From Candidatus Nanoarchaeia archaeon (GTDB lineage: Archaea > Nanobdellota > Nanobdellia > SCGC-AAA011-G17 > JACPNG01), in NCBI GenBank assembly GCA_028713535.1, contig JAQTOC010000003.1:7556-71555 (forward strand): a stretch of 64,000 nt of DNA, written 5' to 3'. The translations under genes and the position numbers were made by a program. The notes beneath the pieces are model-generated. The model saw nothing but the letters and a program-made list of their open reading frames with translations. It did not search any database and had not been told where the DNA came from. Shown one piece after another: positions 48,213 to 58,016 of this stretch. Every line of letters starts with the position of its first letter. Within the stretch, counting starts at the first letter, position 1.

Positions 48213-49403
48213 ATGGTGTCTGGTAATAAAGGGAAATCTACGAATAAGGATAGCCCTAAAAATAAAAATCCACGAAAGTTTTATGTTACAGATTTACTAA
48301 GAAACTTTTCAAATCATTCTGTTGCAGATATCATGCATCAGGTAAAATATGAGCTTAAAACCCAGCCAGATTACGCAATTGATGCATTCGAAGAACAATG
48401 GAAATACCTTGAAGAACAGAGAGCTAGAGCAAAGGGAGAACACGTAAATTCTTTGGATTTAGCTAATCGATTGCTTGGGATGGAACAGGGTCTTGCTTAT
48501 AAAAATCTAAATTTTAAAAATTTAAGAGAAGAACTGAGTAAAACTACTGATAAAAAAAAGCAGGAAAAATTGGAAAAGGATATGTTGGTTCTTCTTGTAA
48601 ATGCAGTCCATGATAAACAACAAGAGATTGGGAGAATTGCTCAGGAAGCAAAGCTGGATAAACCCGGTGGAAAATATCTTCAAGGAACGATTGAAGATCT
48701 AATAAAATACAATCAGCTTAACTTTGATTACCAAGGCAAAAAGAAGTTTGATACTGTTGGTGCTCAAAAGTATATTGAGGAACAACTAAGGGCGGGAAAA
48801 TCCAAGGAAGAGATTGCAGATTCAATGTATAAAAATATGGATAAGTACGAAAAAGATTCTGGTTTGCTTTACAGGATGAAAGGCGTAGGAGAATTCTTTA
48901 GGGCATTGAGGCATCCAAAAAGAAATATTTTTGACAGGACCAGGCGTAAACTTGGCTTATCAAATTATTCTGGTGGTGGAAAAGAATACTTAAATGAGGT
49001 AACTGAATTGTTAAAAGAAAACAAAGGGATTATTTCTGATAAAGTTGAAGATTCGGTTAACAAAATAAAAAAAGCAGAGGCTTACAAGGGTGTAGTCGAA
49101 CTTCTTCATGAAGGAGGATATATGAAAAGCAAGTCAGACTACCACACTTTGTCTGATGCTATAAGAGTTTATGGCAAAACTCACAAAAAGGAGATGAAAA
49201 AGCACATGTTAGAAGATTTGGCAGCAGCAATATTGTTCTGGGCTGCAGGAATTGTCGCTTTGGTAAGGGCAAAAGGATCACCAATCACAGGAGCAGTTGT
49301 AATATCAAATATTAATTTAGACCCCAATAATATCTTGTTTATAATTGGGTTCTTATGCTTGATTGTAGGTACAGCGGTGTTCTTGCACAGCAGACATAAA
49401 TAA
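48213..49403 (+). CDS. hypothetical protein with C-terminal TM anchor (396 aa)
   Basis: Charged helical body, two C-terminal hydrophobic helices. Confidence 0.45.
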   Translation: MVSGNKGKSTNKDSPKNKNPRKFYVTDLLRNFSNHSVADIMHQVKYELKTQPDYAIDAFEEQWKYLEEQRARAKGEHVNSLDLANRLLGMEQGLAYKNLNFKNLREELSKTTDKKKQEKLEKDMLVLLVNAVHDKQQEIGRIAQEAKLDKPGGKYLQGTIEDLIKYNQLNFDYQGKKKFDTVGAQKYIEEQLRAGKSKEEIADSMYKNMDKYEKDSGLLYRMKGVGEFFRALRHPKRNIFDRTRRKLGLSNYSGGGKEYLNEVTELLKENKGIISDKVEDSVNKIKKAEAYKGVVELLHEGGYMKSKSDYHTLSDAIRVYGKTHKKEMKKHMLEDLAAAILFWAAGIVALVRAKGSPITGAVVISNINLDPNNILFIIGFLCLIVGTAVFLHSRHK

Positions 49404-49442
49404 GAAAATTTATAAAAGAACTATTTCTAGAATTCCCTATAT

Positions 49443-49526
49443 GCGGGAGTGCCGGAGCGGTCAAACGGGATAGGTTTAGGCCCTATTGGCTTAGTGCCTG
49501 CGCAGGTTCGAACCCTGTCTCCCGCA
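49443..49526 (+). tRNA. tRNA-Leu (anticodon UAG), long variable arm
   Basis: Acceptor gcgggag/ctcccgc, anticodon arm atagg-TTTAGGC-cctat, long variable arm, T-loop ttcgaac; 3' end 4 nt from stop of convergent giant ORF. Confidence 0.8.
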
Positions 49527-49529
49527 GAA

Positions 49530-52500
49530 TTATAATTTAATGCTTAACTTTTCAGAATATTCTTTTCCGTCTATTTTTACTTTAATCGAGAATGTGTACC
49601 ATCCGCCTGTTTCAAATCTATCTAAATTAATGACTAACTGATTATTGTTTTTTATTTCAACATCAACCTTAAACATGTTTGCCGTAGCTTCAGCAGACTC
49701 AACATCTGTGTTGAGGTCAATTGTTAATTCCTTTCCATTAGAAGAATATTTTTTAATTAGTTTTTCATTGCATTTAGTATTCTCACAGCCAAACACACAT
49801 TCCTGGCTTGTTTTTAATTCATTGCTTTCGCATTTTATGATGCTTTTTTTATCATCGCTGCATTTAAGTCCTCCTTCCTTTAAGCCACTGCATCCATCTT
49901 CTTTTGCTTCCTCAGTTTTTTCAGCAGCAACCTCGCTTTTTTTCTCAAAGACATCGCCATGATCCCCTTCACTCCTGTAATCTTCTTTTCCTTTTCCAGC
50001 TTCAAGATAAATGAATCCGGTCTGGTAATATATTTCTGCTCTAAGCTCACTGTTCTGAACAGAATCCAATAATGCCTGCAATTCTTTTACGCTTTTTGTG
50101 TTTTTAATCTCGCTTAACTTAGTCTCTTTCTCTTCATCAGTCAGGGCAGTTATTCCCTTGTTCCTTAAATTTTCTACCTTTTTCTCTTCAAGATAGGAAG
50201 ATACATTTTCATAATTGCTAAGTGAGTCAAGACTAAAGCTTCTTGTGTCTAGCCAGCAGTCTCCAAGCGCAATCCCGTTGCTGTCTTTTCCGCAGCTTCC
50301 AGCTCTTCTCCAATAATCGTTCTCAGAATTTCCATCTGGATCATTAACAGAACAAATTCTCCTTATGCTGTCGGTGCTTGATCCAACTCCAGTTATGGTG
50401 TCCAGACTTTCTTCAATCTTTGATTTTTCTTCAGGAACACACTCTTCTTCATTTGTAATTTCTTTTGTTGCTTCTTCAGCAACAGCGTCGTCCTGCAGTT
50501 TATTTAATGCATAATCTGTTGTTACCCTTCCAAATCCGCATTCAGTTACCTCATTTATTTCAATGCACACCTCTTCAAAGCCTTCCCCTGCCACAGTATC
50601 AACATTCTTTGTGACATAGCCTCCATATTCTATCTGGCCTTTTGATTCGCTTGTGCTTCCTTCATCCCCAAATGTAACATAATGCCTTCTTCCAGTGCTG
50701 CTGTCTCTTAAATAGACTCTGTAGCTTAACTGTGTTGGTGCATTTGCTTCCTGTGTTGTTCCTGCATATATGTGGAAGAACACATTGTATTCATTTGCTC
50801 CAAATTTCTCACTGTATGTTTTTGAGCTTAATGTTGCTATGTATTGTGGTGGATCTCTTGGATTTACCAGTTTTGTTATAAACTCTCCAAGATTTGGTAT
50901 TGATCCAGTAACAACACCCTTGCATAACTCCATTTTTATCTGGGTTAATTTTGTTGATTTGTAAGATTGATCTACAATTGTTCCATACTCGCTTGTGAAA
51001 AATTCAACACTTTTCAATGCGGTTTCATAGCTGCTTGAGAAGTCTAGGTATTCTCCCCCGCCATCTGTGCTACTGCTGCTAATCATATTTCCATTGAAGA
51101 AATTGCTGATAAATTGGGTTGCTCCTTCTGCTTCTCTCCAGAAAACATCACAAATGTAGATGCTTTGTATTTTGTCGCATAAACCTACACTCTTTCCGTC
51201 TTCTTTTTGTGTTGTCAAGCAATCTTTTCCTGATTGGAATATAGATCTTATGTTCTTTAACCCAGCTAATATTCCTGTTGCACAAACAGGGAGTATGTCT
51301 CCAGAACCTTGTGGCAATACAATAGATCCGATAATGCCGGATCTTACTACATCCTTGACATACCAGTTGCCGCCTGCATTAAATCTTGAGACAGGGCATA
51401 CGATTGGATCGCATACATTGAATAACATTTTGCAGTCAGAGACACTCATCGAATCTGTGCAGTGGCCTATTGCTTTGTTTAGTTCTTTGTTTGCAGCATT
51501 TGTTTCGCAGTTAAACCATTTTCCGTCTTTGCTTTTTATTCTTTGTCCTTGTGTGCAGGTCTTTAATGAGTTTACATATGTCTGATACTTTAATAATTTG
51601 GAGGGTTCTTTTTCCTTTAGGAAACTGCTGCTCTCTAAACTGATGTCATCACCAGTGCATAATTTTCCGTCAGGGCCAACATTGTATGAACTGATTTCTC
51701 CTGCGCTTCCGTCAGCAAGTTGTTTTGTGACTTTTAAGTATACTCCTTTCTCATAAGGAACGCAGTAGGGTTTTCCGTCAGAGTAGAATTCTGCCGCAGC
51801 ATTCTTGTCATAATCTTTTCTTTCCCCTTTGTTGTCAGTTTCTTTTAGTACTAAATAACAGCCATTACTTGATGTGTATAATGAAGAAGCGCCAACAATC
51901 TTATTTAAATTCCCGCTGACATCCACACGATTAAGATCATTTATTGTTTGTACAGTTTTTCCTTCGTTGTCTACAACAAACCCAACCCCCTTTCCATTTT
52001 CAATTACAACCTCTGATATCGAGCCAGTTATTTCTTCGCATCCAACAGGTTTTTTATCTGTATTTGCCTTCCATTCTGACTGTCTTTTCTTGAAAGTCTC
52101 TGAACTTTGTGATTCAAGGCTGCTGTAAACAGTGTCGAATATTTTCTTTTTGTTCTCGTCGCTCTTTATGTCCTCTCCGAATAGGCTTTTAACCTCTGAA
52201 TATATCTCATTCTTTTTCTGCACGCTTTTTATTAAAGTATCCTTTTGTTTTTTTATTGTTTCAAAATATGCCTTTTCTTTTCCGCTGGTTCCATCTGGTT
52301 TATTATTGAGTATTGAGTTTAAGAAGAGATATTCTTTAACTTCATCGCTGTCAACCGTTAGTTCCTTTCCATTTTCATCAATTTTTGCTTCTTTTGCAAG
52401 ATCGCTATAAGCTTGTGTAGAATAAATGTTCCCATCTTTTAATGCATCATTGAAATCCTCTATTTTCTCATCTACCTCATCAATAATATTCTCTGCAAAC

Positions 52501-55481
52501 GCTCCTGTTTCAGTCAAGCACTTATCGTAGCTTTCATAGTATTTTCCGACCTTGCTTACAGACTCCAGATTTATGTTCATGATGCTGTTAGTCTGACAGA
52601 ACTCTTTTATTCCCATAACATTATCGTAGCCATTCATTACAACACTTCTTGCATCAGCTTTGTTCCCCAGCAAGAAGTTCTTGGCTGTTATGAACATGAA
52701 TGTTGCACCGCAACCAATAGTCCACCCCTTTACTATGTCTTCTGTTTTGTTAATAATTCCATTTAAGCTGTCTATAACAGAGTCAAGATTGTCTATATGG
52801 GTATCTAATTCCTCTGTTGTTAAATTAAATAATTTAATTCCCTTGTCAATTGGTATGTTTACATTGAACTCACTTGTGCTGTACACATTTGCTCTCCCAG
52901 GGATTATGGAAATCTGGGCTGCCTTGATTGCTTTAACTTCTTTAAGCTCAACTTCAATCTCCTTGCCAGAACTGTCCTTAATTTTTTCTTCTTCGTTTAT
53001 TTTTAATGTTTTTGAATCATCAGCTTTTGCTGATGGAAAATGATATCCGTTTTTTAATTGTTCAGAATTTTTGTTGTAGTTGCTGTTTCCAAGGAGGGCG
53101 TTTTCTAGCTGGTTTCTCAATTCAATTATTTTTTCGACATAAGTTTCATCTGCTGCTTGTTTTTCGCCGTCACAGGACATTCCATTGTATAATCTCAGTG
53201 CTCTTTCCCAACCCTTGTAATTTTTCCACGTTTCAATATAACTTGTGCAGTATGTGTTGTCCTTTAATCTGTCAACCATTGAGTTGTAGCTTGTTGCATC
53301 TTTGGTTTTTTCATATTTTAATTTTAGGAACTTAACTCCTGCTTTGATGTTTTCCTCAGCATCAAACCTTATATCCTGTTCCTTTGTTTTTTCAGATTTG
53401 CTTAGCTCAGCCAACTGTTCCAGATATTTTTTGTTATCTATCTTATATGCACAGGTTGATTTTTGTCCTTCAAGCTCCTTGTAGATATTTTCATCTTTTA
53501 TCCCTGCCTCATTTGCTGCCCCAGGCATTAACTGCATCAAACCCACTGCGCCGCAATAACCCTCGTTTGTTTTTGATATTGCTTTTGTATCAAATCCGCT
53601 TTCAATAGCAATCAGTGCTTTTACCAGTAATGGATCAACATCATACTCCTTGGAATATTTTAGGATTAAACTGTCATAATCATTTTTTATTGTTCTCCCG
53701 CCTATTTGTGTTGCACTTATTGCAATATCACTTTCTGTCAAAGCAGTTGGGTTTTTGATGTAATCCCCTGTTGTAATAATGATATTCTTGTCATTTATCT
53801 CAACAACCTTGTAGTCTGTTCCCTTTAATTTGGCTGATATCCCATAACTGTCTACTTGGTTGTCAACACTTACTTTTGCAGAAGCTCCAACCTGTTTTTT
53901 TATTGTTTTTAGCTCGATAATTGCTTCTTCTCCGTCAATATCTATGTTTTCTGAGGATGAGACCGTTGTTCCAATTGCATCCTTGAGATATTCTCCGTAC
54001 ATTGGAAGCAAGGCCGGATTTTTTATGTTTCCTAGCTCATCTAAAATCCTGCTCTTGAAAGAGTTGACATCATCCAATTCATTTGCATTTGTTGCTTTTT
54101 TTATTAAGTCCCTGTAAGCTAAGATAATCTGTTCTGTATATCTGTCCCAATCGTCTGCATTAGATATGACATACTCTCTTGCCCTGTTGAAGTTTGCGAT
54201 GGCTTCGCAATCCAAATCAAATGTTAAATCACTTTCAGGGTCTGGATTGCTTTTTGATCCTGAACATGGATTTACATTGCTGTAAGTTTGTTCATTTTTG
54301 TTTATTATTAAATTAATGGTCTTTTCTTCTTTTTTGTTGGTTAGTTTAACCTCTCCAGATTCATCTTCATCTTTTATTTCTTCAACAAACCAGTCTGTCC
54401 CAGATATGTAATTATTTTCAAATGCTTCAATTATGTTTATCTGATCTTCTTTGTATATCTCAAAAATTGCGCTTTTGCCCAACGAGTTAAGTATGCTGTC
54501 AAGCCTAACTCTTATCGTATCTGTTGCAGAGCTGCTGAACAATGAACTAAGTCCGCCCAAAGACATTGCAGATGTAGTCTCGCCAACCTTTAATGTTTGG
54601 AGTCCGCCAACAGAAGTTAATGTATTGTCATAAACCTGGATTGTTGCAGAATCATCCTCTATATTGTCTAGTCTTACATAATAAGCTCCATCTAAGAAAG
54701 AATCTTGGTAAGTTGAATCAATTCCTTCTGCAAAAGAAGTTGCTCCCTGATCTGTTCGTCTGCTTAATTTTTCTGTTAACGAAGTCCAGATATTTCGCAG
54801 CCCCTCAGTAACTGTTCTGGATTCCCTTGACGCATCTCCCGCGAACTCATCTTTGCTCTTCTGGTATATCAATTTTGTTAGTTGTCCATAGTTTAAGGTT
54901 CTGGCAGTACTAAACTCAATCCTTGCACTCAGGTTTAAGTCTATATTCTCTGGGATTTGATCTTCACTGCTGAATTTATTTAGCTCAATAATAACAATCC
55001 CAAGATTGTCTAAATCATTGTATTCCATTGTGCCAAGTGCACTTTTGATAGGAGACAATTGATCTAGATAAAAACTGGTTGGGGGGTAATAATCAATGCT
55101 TTTTATGTATGGATTGTATGATAGTGGGGTTATTATAATGTTATTTATTGTAGGAACTCCGATTGTGGGTTCGCCTGTGGAAATCTGTTCCCCCAGGAAA
55201 CTCCCGAGAGTGTTTCCACTAAGGTAAACAAACACAGGAACATTTCCTTTTGTTAATAAATTGCTGCTTAATACATTTGGTTCATAATCAGTAGGATAAA
55301 CATTTATTGCCTCTCCTAAATTATCATAGTAGCTTAATCCGCTTCTTATCGTGTCTGTGGAAGCATATCTTGAAATTGTCTGGCTGCTTCTTGAGCTTGG
55401 CTGGGTTCTTGTTGTGGCAGCAAATGATACATTGCTAAGTAAGAAAATTACTATCAATGTTATTGCAATAATCTTTTTCAT
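49530..55481 (-). CDS. giant secreted protein (1983 aa) with internal GH23/SLT lytic-transglycosylase-like domain and Cys-rich C-terminal region
   Basis: Sec signal 'SNVSFA|ATT'; SLT motifs 'ALIAIESGFD...GAVGLMQLMPGAA'; >40 Cys in C-terminal half; start overlaps upstream gene's stop (ATGA). Confidence 0.85.
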   Translation of the reverse strand: MKKIIAITLIVIFLLSNVSFAATTRTQPSSRSSQTISRYASTDTIRSGLSYYDNLGEAINVYPTDYEPNVLSSNLLTKGNVPVFVYLSGNTLGSFLGEQISTGEPTIGVPTINNIIITPLSYNPYIKSIDYYPPTSFYLDQLSPIKSALGTMEYNDLDNLGIVIIELNKFSSEDQIPENIDLNLSARIEFSTARTLNYGQLTKLIYQKSKDEFAGDASRESRTVTEGLRNIWTSLTEKLSRRTDQGATSFAEGIDSTYQDSFLDGAYYVRLDNIEDDSATIQVYDNTLTSVGGLQTLKVGETTSAMSLGGLSSLFSSSATDTIRVRLDSILNSLGKSAIFEIYKEDQINIIEAFENNYISGTDWFVEEIKDEDESGEVKLTNKKEEKTINLIINKNEQTYSNVNPCSGSKSNPDPESDLTFDLDCEAIANFNRAREYVISNADDWDRYTEQIILAYRDLIKKATNANELDDVNSFKSRILDELGNIKNPALLPMYGEYLKDAIGTTVSSSENIDIDGEEAIIELKTIKKQVGASAKVSVDNQVDSYGISAKLKGTDYKVVEINDKNIIITTGDYIKNPTALTESDIAISATQIGGRTIKNDYDSLILKYSKEYDVDPLLVKALIAIESGFDTKAISKTNEGYCGAVGLMQLMPGAANEAGIKDENIYKELEGQKSTCAYKIDNKKYLEQLAELSKSEKTKEQDIRFDAEENIKAGVKFLKLKYEKTKDATSYNSMVDRLKDNTYCTSYIETWKNYKGWERALRLYNGMSCDGEKQAADETYVEKIIELRNQLENALLGNSNYNKNSEQLKNGYHFPSAKADDSKTLKINEEEKIKDSSGKEIEVELKEVKAIKAAQISIIPGRANVYSTSEFNVNIPIDKGIKLFNLTTEELDTHIDNLDSVIDSLNGIINKTEDIVKGWTIGCGATFMFITAKNFLLGNKADARSVVMNGYDNVMGIKEFCQTNSIMNINLESVSKVGKYYESYDKCLTETGAFAENIIDEVDEKIEDFNDALKDGNIYSTQAYSDLAKEAKIDENGKELTVDSDEVKEYLFLNSILNNKPDGTSGKEKAYFETIKKQKDTLIKSVQKKNEIYSEVKSLFGEDIKSDENKKKIFDTVYSSLESQSSETFKKRQSEWKANTDKKPVGCEEITGSISEVVIENGKGVGFVVDNEGKTVQTINDLNRVDVSGNLNKIVGASSLYTSSNGCYLVLKETDNKGERKDYDKNAAAEFYSDGKPYCVPYEKGVYLKVTKQLADGSAGEISSYNVGPDGKLCTGDDISLESSSFLKEKEPSKLLKYQTYVNSLKTCTQGQRIKSKDGKWFNCETNAANKELNKAIGHCTDSMSVSDCKMLFNVCDPIVCPVSRFNAGGNWYVKDVVRSGIIGSIVLPQGSGDILPVCATGILAGLKNIRSIFQSGKDCLTTQKEDGKSVGLCDKIQSIYICDVFWREAEGATQFISNFFNGNMISSSSTDGGGEYLDFSSSYETALKSVEFFTSEYGTIVDQSYKSTKLTQIKMELCKGVVTGSIPNLGEFITKLVNPRDPPQYIATLSSKTYSEKFGANEYNVFFHIYAGTTQEANAPTQLSYRVYLRDSSTGRRHYVTFGDEGSTSESKGQIEYGGYVTKNVDTVAGEGFEEVCIEINEVTECGFGRVTTDYALNKLQDDAVAEEATKEITNEEECVPEEKSKIEESLDTITGVGSSTDSIRRICSVNDPDGNSENDYWRRAGSCGKDSNGIALGDCWLDTRSFSLDSLSNYENVSSYLEEKKVENLRNKGITALTDEEKETKLSEIKNTKSVKELQALLDSVQNSELRAEIYYQTGFIYLEAGKGKEDYRSEGDHGDVFEKKSEVAAEKTEEAKEDGCSGLKEGGLKCSDDKKSIIKCESNELKTSQECVFGCENTKCNEKLIKKYSSNGKELTIDLNTDVESAEATANMFKVDVEIKNNNQLVINLDRFETGGWYTFSIKVKIDGKEYSEKLSIKL

Positions 55482-57403
55482 GTTAGTTTTGGATATTCAA
55501 AAAATATATTTTCTGGATATCTTGAAAGTTCATCTGCAAATGCTGCAGGGTCTTCATATATTGTGTCTGAGTTGTCATAAACCGCGTAGAATATTATTTT
55601 GCTTGAACTCTTTAATTCATCCCTGTTTATGCTAAAGCTGAAATCTCCTCCGCCAATAAGATTTTGTTTAAAGCTCTGTTCAGGTATTGTATTCTCTATG
55701 CATTCGCTCTTTGTCTTCCCAAGCAAACCCAAGATCCCATCAGGGATATCAACACATTTTGTGAATTTTCTTTCTGGCATTGTGATTGTTTTCCCTTCTT
55801 CAGACATAACATAAGAGTTTATGCTGTATTCTCCAGGAATTATTTTGATTTTTCCTGTTGGATTGCTTAGGACTGTGTTGTAATTATCACTTTTAATCTC
55901 AAACATAACCTGTTCATCCTCTACCTCTCGTGTTGCTCCTGTATTCTTGTTGATTAATTGTACCTCATAATCTAGGTAGTAATAAGGTTCTAGATAGACT
56001 GTGATTTCATTTTCCCTTGTTGTTGAGAGTATCTGGCTTCCTACTCCAAGGTCCTTGTTCTCTGCGACAATCTCCCCATTGACGCAGCTTGGGAAATAAC
56101 TTGTCATTGTTCCGTCGCTTTCCCCGATGTAGCAGTTGCTTACACCGCAGTTATAAGACACCTGCGCAGGAATTTCTTCAAACGTTTCAATGTCTAGTGT
56201 TCTCACATTGACTTCCTTGTTCCTTGAGTTGCATATTGTGTCCTTGAAGTTTGAAACATTCAAGTTTGTTATTGTGTCCACTCTTGGCTGGTTTTTTTCT
56301 ATAACAACCATCGTGGCAAATTGGAATATATCTCCATCAGCCATCAATGTAACTAAAACCGGATATTTTATATCATACGCAAAGTTGTAATTATTTATGC
56401 AGACCATTCCGGATAGAATTTGATTTATTTCACTCCCACCAGCAGCAGAGCCCTTTGCAATTAATAAGTCTCCTTCCCTTGGCTGGACCTCAATTTCAAA
56501 TGGCCAGGTTTCTAAGTACCTTAAATTTACATTAATATCATATTGTTTCTTTAAAGCAGACCACTCGAAATATTTTTCTGTATTTTCATAATTTGTTCCC
56601 TTTATCTTTATGTTTGGGATGTTTAGTTCTATTATTTTTTTAAGTTTAGTAATTATATCATCTACAAACCATGTTTTTACCCCGCAATTAAACTCAGTTC
56701 CAGAATACGGGATATCCTCATATACAGTTAGCATATCAATTGTTTTTTCCTCAAGATAATATTCTTTGCTTTCATCATCAAAAATTTGCCTTGCTACCTT
56801 GTATAATTCTCCAAGGTTTGAATTTACAGAAGTACTGAACTCATCCAGCTTGTATTCGTTGTCCCCTTTCTTTATGGTAACTGGCATGTCCAAACCAACA
56901 CCTATTTTCTTGTCCTGGATGGTTATGTCCACTCTTTTCTCTCCAGTATGGATAGCATACCCTTGGAAATCTGTGAAATTACTAAGACACAATTCCAATG
57001 CGCTTTCAATGAATAATTTTAAGTCGGATTCCATATCAGTTATTGCAGGATAGTTTGTTTTATCAACATTGTTTGCTTTTTTGTAGTACCAATATGGAAC
57101 TTTTGCGTTTCCTGTGGTTAATGCATTTGAAAATTTATTGAAGTCAGAGGCAGGGATGCTATCTTCTTCAACAACAAGGTAACCACCCTGCAAACCAATA
57201 ATCCTCGACCCAATTAGTGTTGTTCTTGCAAGACAGCCCTCTATGTTGCTTCTTACCGCCTCGACTTCTTCACCACCTTTTTCCCCAGAAATAATCTCTG
57301 TACCCTTTTCTAGGATAGAATCCCTGAAAACAAGGAATATAGCAACAAGTACTACCAATATAATACCGATGATGACAAACAGTGAAACCTGGCCTCTTTT
57401 CAT
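55478..57403 (-). CDS. large surface protein (641 aa) with archaeal class III (prepilin-like) signal peptide
   Basis: N-terminus 'MKRG|QVSLFVIIGIILVVLVAIFLVF' fits [KR]G/A-Q + hydrophobic prepilin-peptidase substrate pattern; remainder beta-rich with Cys pairs. Confidence 0.7.
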   Translation of the reverse strand: MKRGQVSLFVIIGIILVVLVAIFLVFRDSILEKGTEIISGEKGGEEVEAVRSNIEGCLARTTLIGSRIIGLQGGYLVVEEDSIPASDFNKFSNALTTGNAKVPYWYYKKANNVDKTNYPAITDMESDLKLFIESALELCLSNFTDFQGYAIHTGEKRVDITIQDKKIGVGLDMPVTIKKGDNEYKLDEFSTSVNSNLGELYKVARQIFDDESKEYYLEEKTIDMLTVYEDIPYSGTEFNCGVKTWFVDDIITKLKKIIELNIPNIKIKGTNYENTEKYFEWSALKKQYDINVNLRYLETWPFEIEVQPREGDLLIAKGSAAGGSEINQILSGMVCINNYNFAYDIKYPVLVTLMADGDIFQFATMVVIEKNQPRVDTITNLNVSNFKDTICNSRNKEVNVRTLDIETFEEIPAQVSYNCGVSNCYIGESDGTMTSYFPSCVNGEIVAENKDLGVGSQILSTTRENEITVYLEPYYYLDYEVQLINKNTGATREVEDEQVMFEIKSDNYNTVLSNPTGKIKIIPGEYSINSYVMSEEGKTITMPERKFTKCVDIPDGILGLLGKTKSECIENTIPEQSFKQNLIGGGDFSFSINRDELKSSSKIIFYAVYDNSDTIYEDPAAFADELSRYPENIFFEYPKLT

Positions 57404-57591
57404 TTTAATGCTATTACTAATTTTGATCCTCCGAGTTTTTTTATCTTGACTAATTTTTTCTTTTGCATATCTTCAATTATGTCTGTGACAGTGGCATTTT
57501 TTATGTTAAAGAAACCAGCAATCATACTGAAATTTACTAGGTTATCCCTCTTCTTTACAAAGTCCAGTATCTCTTCTTCCTTGGGTATCAT
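57400..57591 (-). CDS. small winged-helix protein (63 aa), first gene of the operon
   Basis: 'FSMIAGFFNIKNATVTDIIEDMQKKKLVKI' HTH-like; stop overlaps downstream ATG. Confidence 0.5.
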   Translation of the reverse strand: MIPKEEEILDFVKKRDNLVNFSMIAGFFNIKNATVTDIIEDMQKKKLVKIKKLGGSKLVIALK

Positions 57592-57723
57592 TTAAAGCAC
57601 TTTAAAAGCTTTATTTTAGTCTAAAAGGCTAAAAAAGCCTTTGTTCTTGGTTTAAAATATTTTAAAACCTTTAATAAACTAAGAACATATAGACAGAACT
57701 AATATATAAATATTTTGAAAAGA

Positions 57724-57819
57724 ATGGGCCCGGGGCGAATCGAACGCCCGACCTCCTCCACGTCAAGGAGACGTCATACCTTTGCCCGTTCTTTTTTGGA
57801 GAACTCTAGACCACGGGCC
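57724..57819 (-). tRNA. tRNA-Val (anticodon GAC) with ~23-nt intron in the D-loop region
   Basis: Minus-strand fold: acceptor gggcccg/cgggccc (A73), anticodon arm tctcc-TTGACGT-ggagg, var aggtc, T-arm gggcg-ttcgatt-cgccc; 96 nt = 73-nt mature + 23 nt (ttctccaaaaaagaacgggcaaa) inserted after 'gtctagag'. Confidence 0.7.
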
Positions 57820-57830
57820 CCTTTAAAAAA

Positions 57831-57902
57831 GAGCCCCAGGAGGGACTTGAACCCCCGACCCCCTGATTACAAGTCAGGTGCTCTACCACTGAGCTACTGG
57901 GG
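57831..57902 (-). tRNA. tRNA-Thr (anticodon UGU)
   Basis: Minus-strand: acceptor gccccag/ctggggc, D gctc/gagc, anticodon arm cctga-CTTGTAA-tcagg, T-arm ggggg-ttcaagt-ccctc. Confidence 0.85.
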
Positions 57903-58016
57903 CATAGAGATAACTCATCCTAAGCTTTTTAAAAACATTTCTATTAATACAAATATATACTTAGGATGGAAAAGAGAAGGAATTTCCCTCTCTTATAACT
58001 TGCTTTTGGTTATATA

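Noticed and set aside
49645-55814. Numerous 60-140-aa plus-strand ORFs
   Set aside because: All fall inside the two large minus-strand genes and are antisense artefacts of AT-rich sequence.
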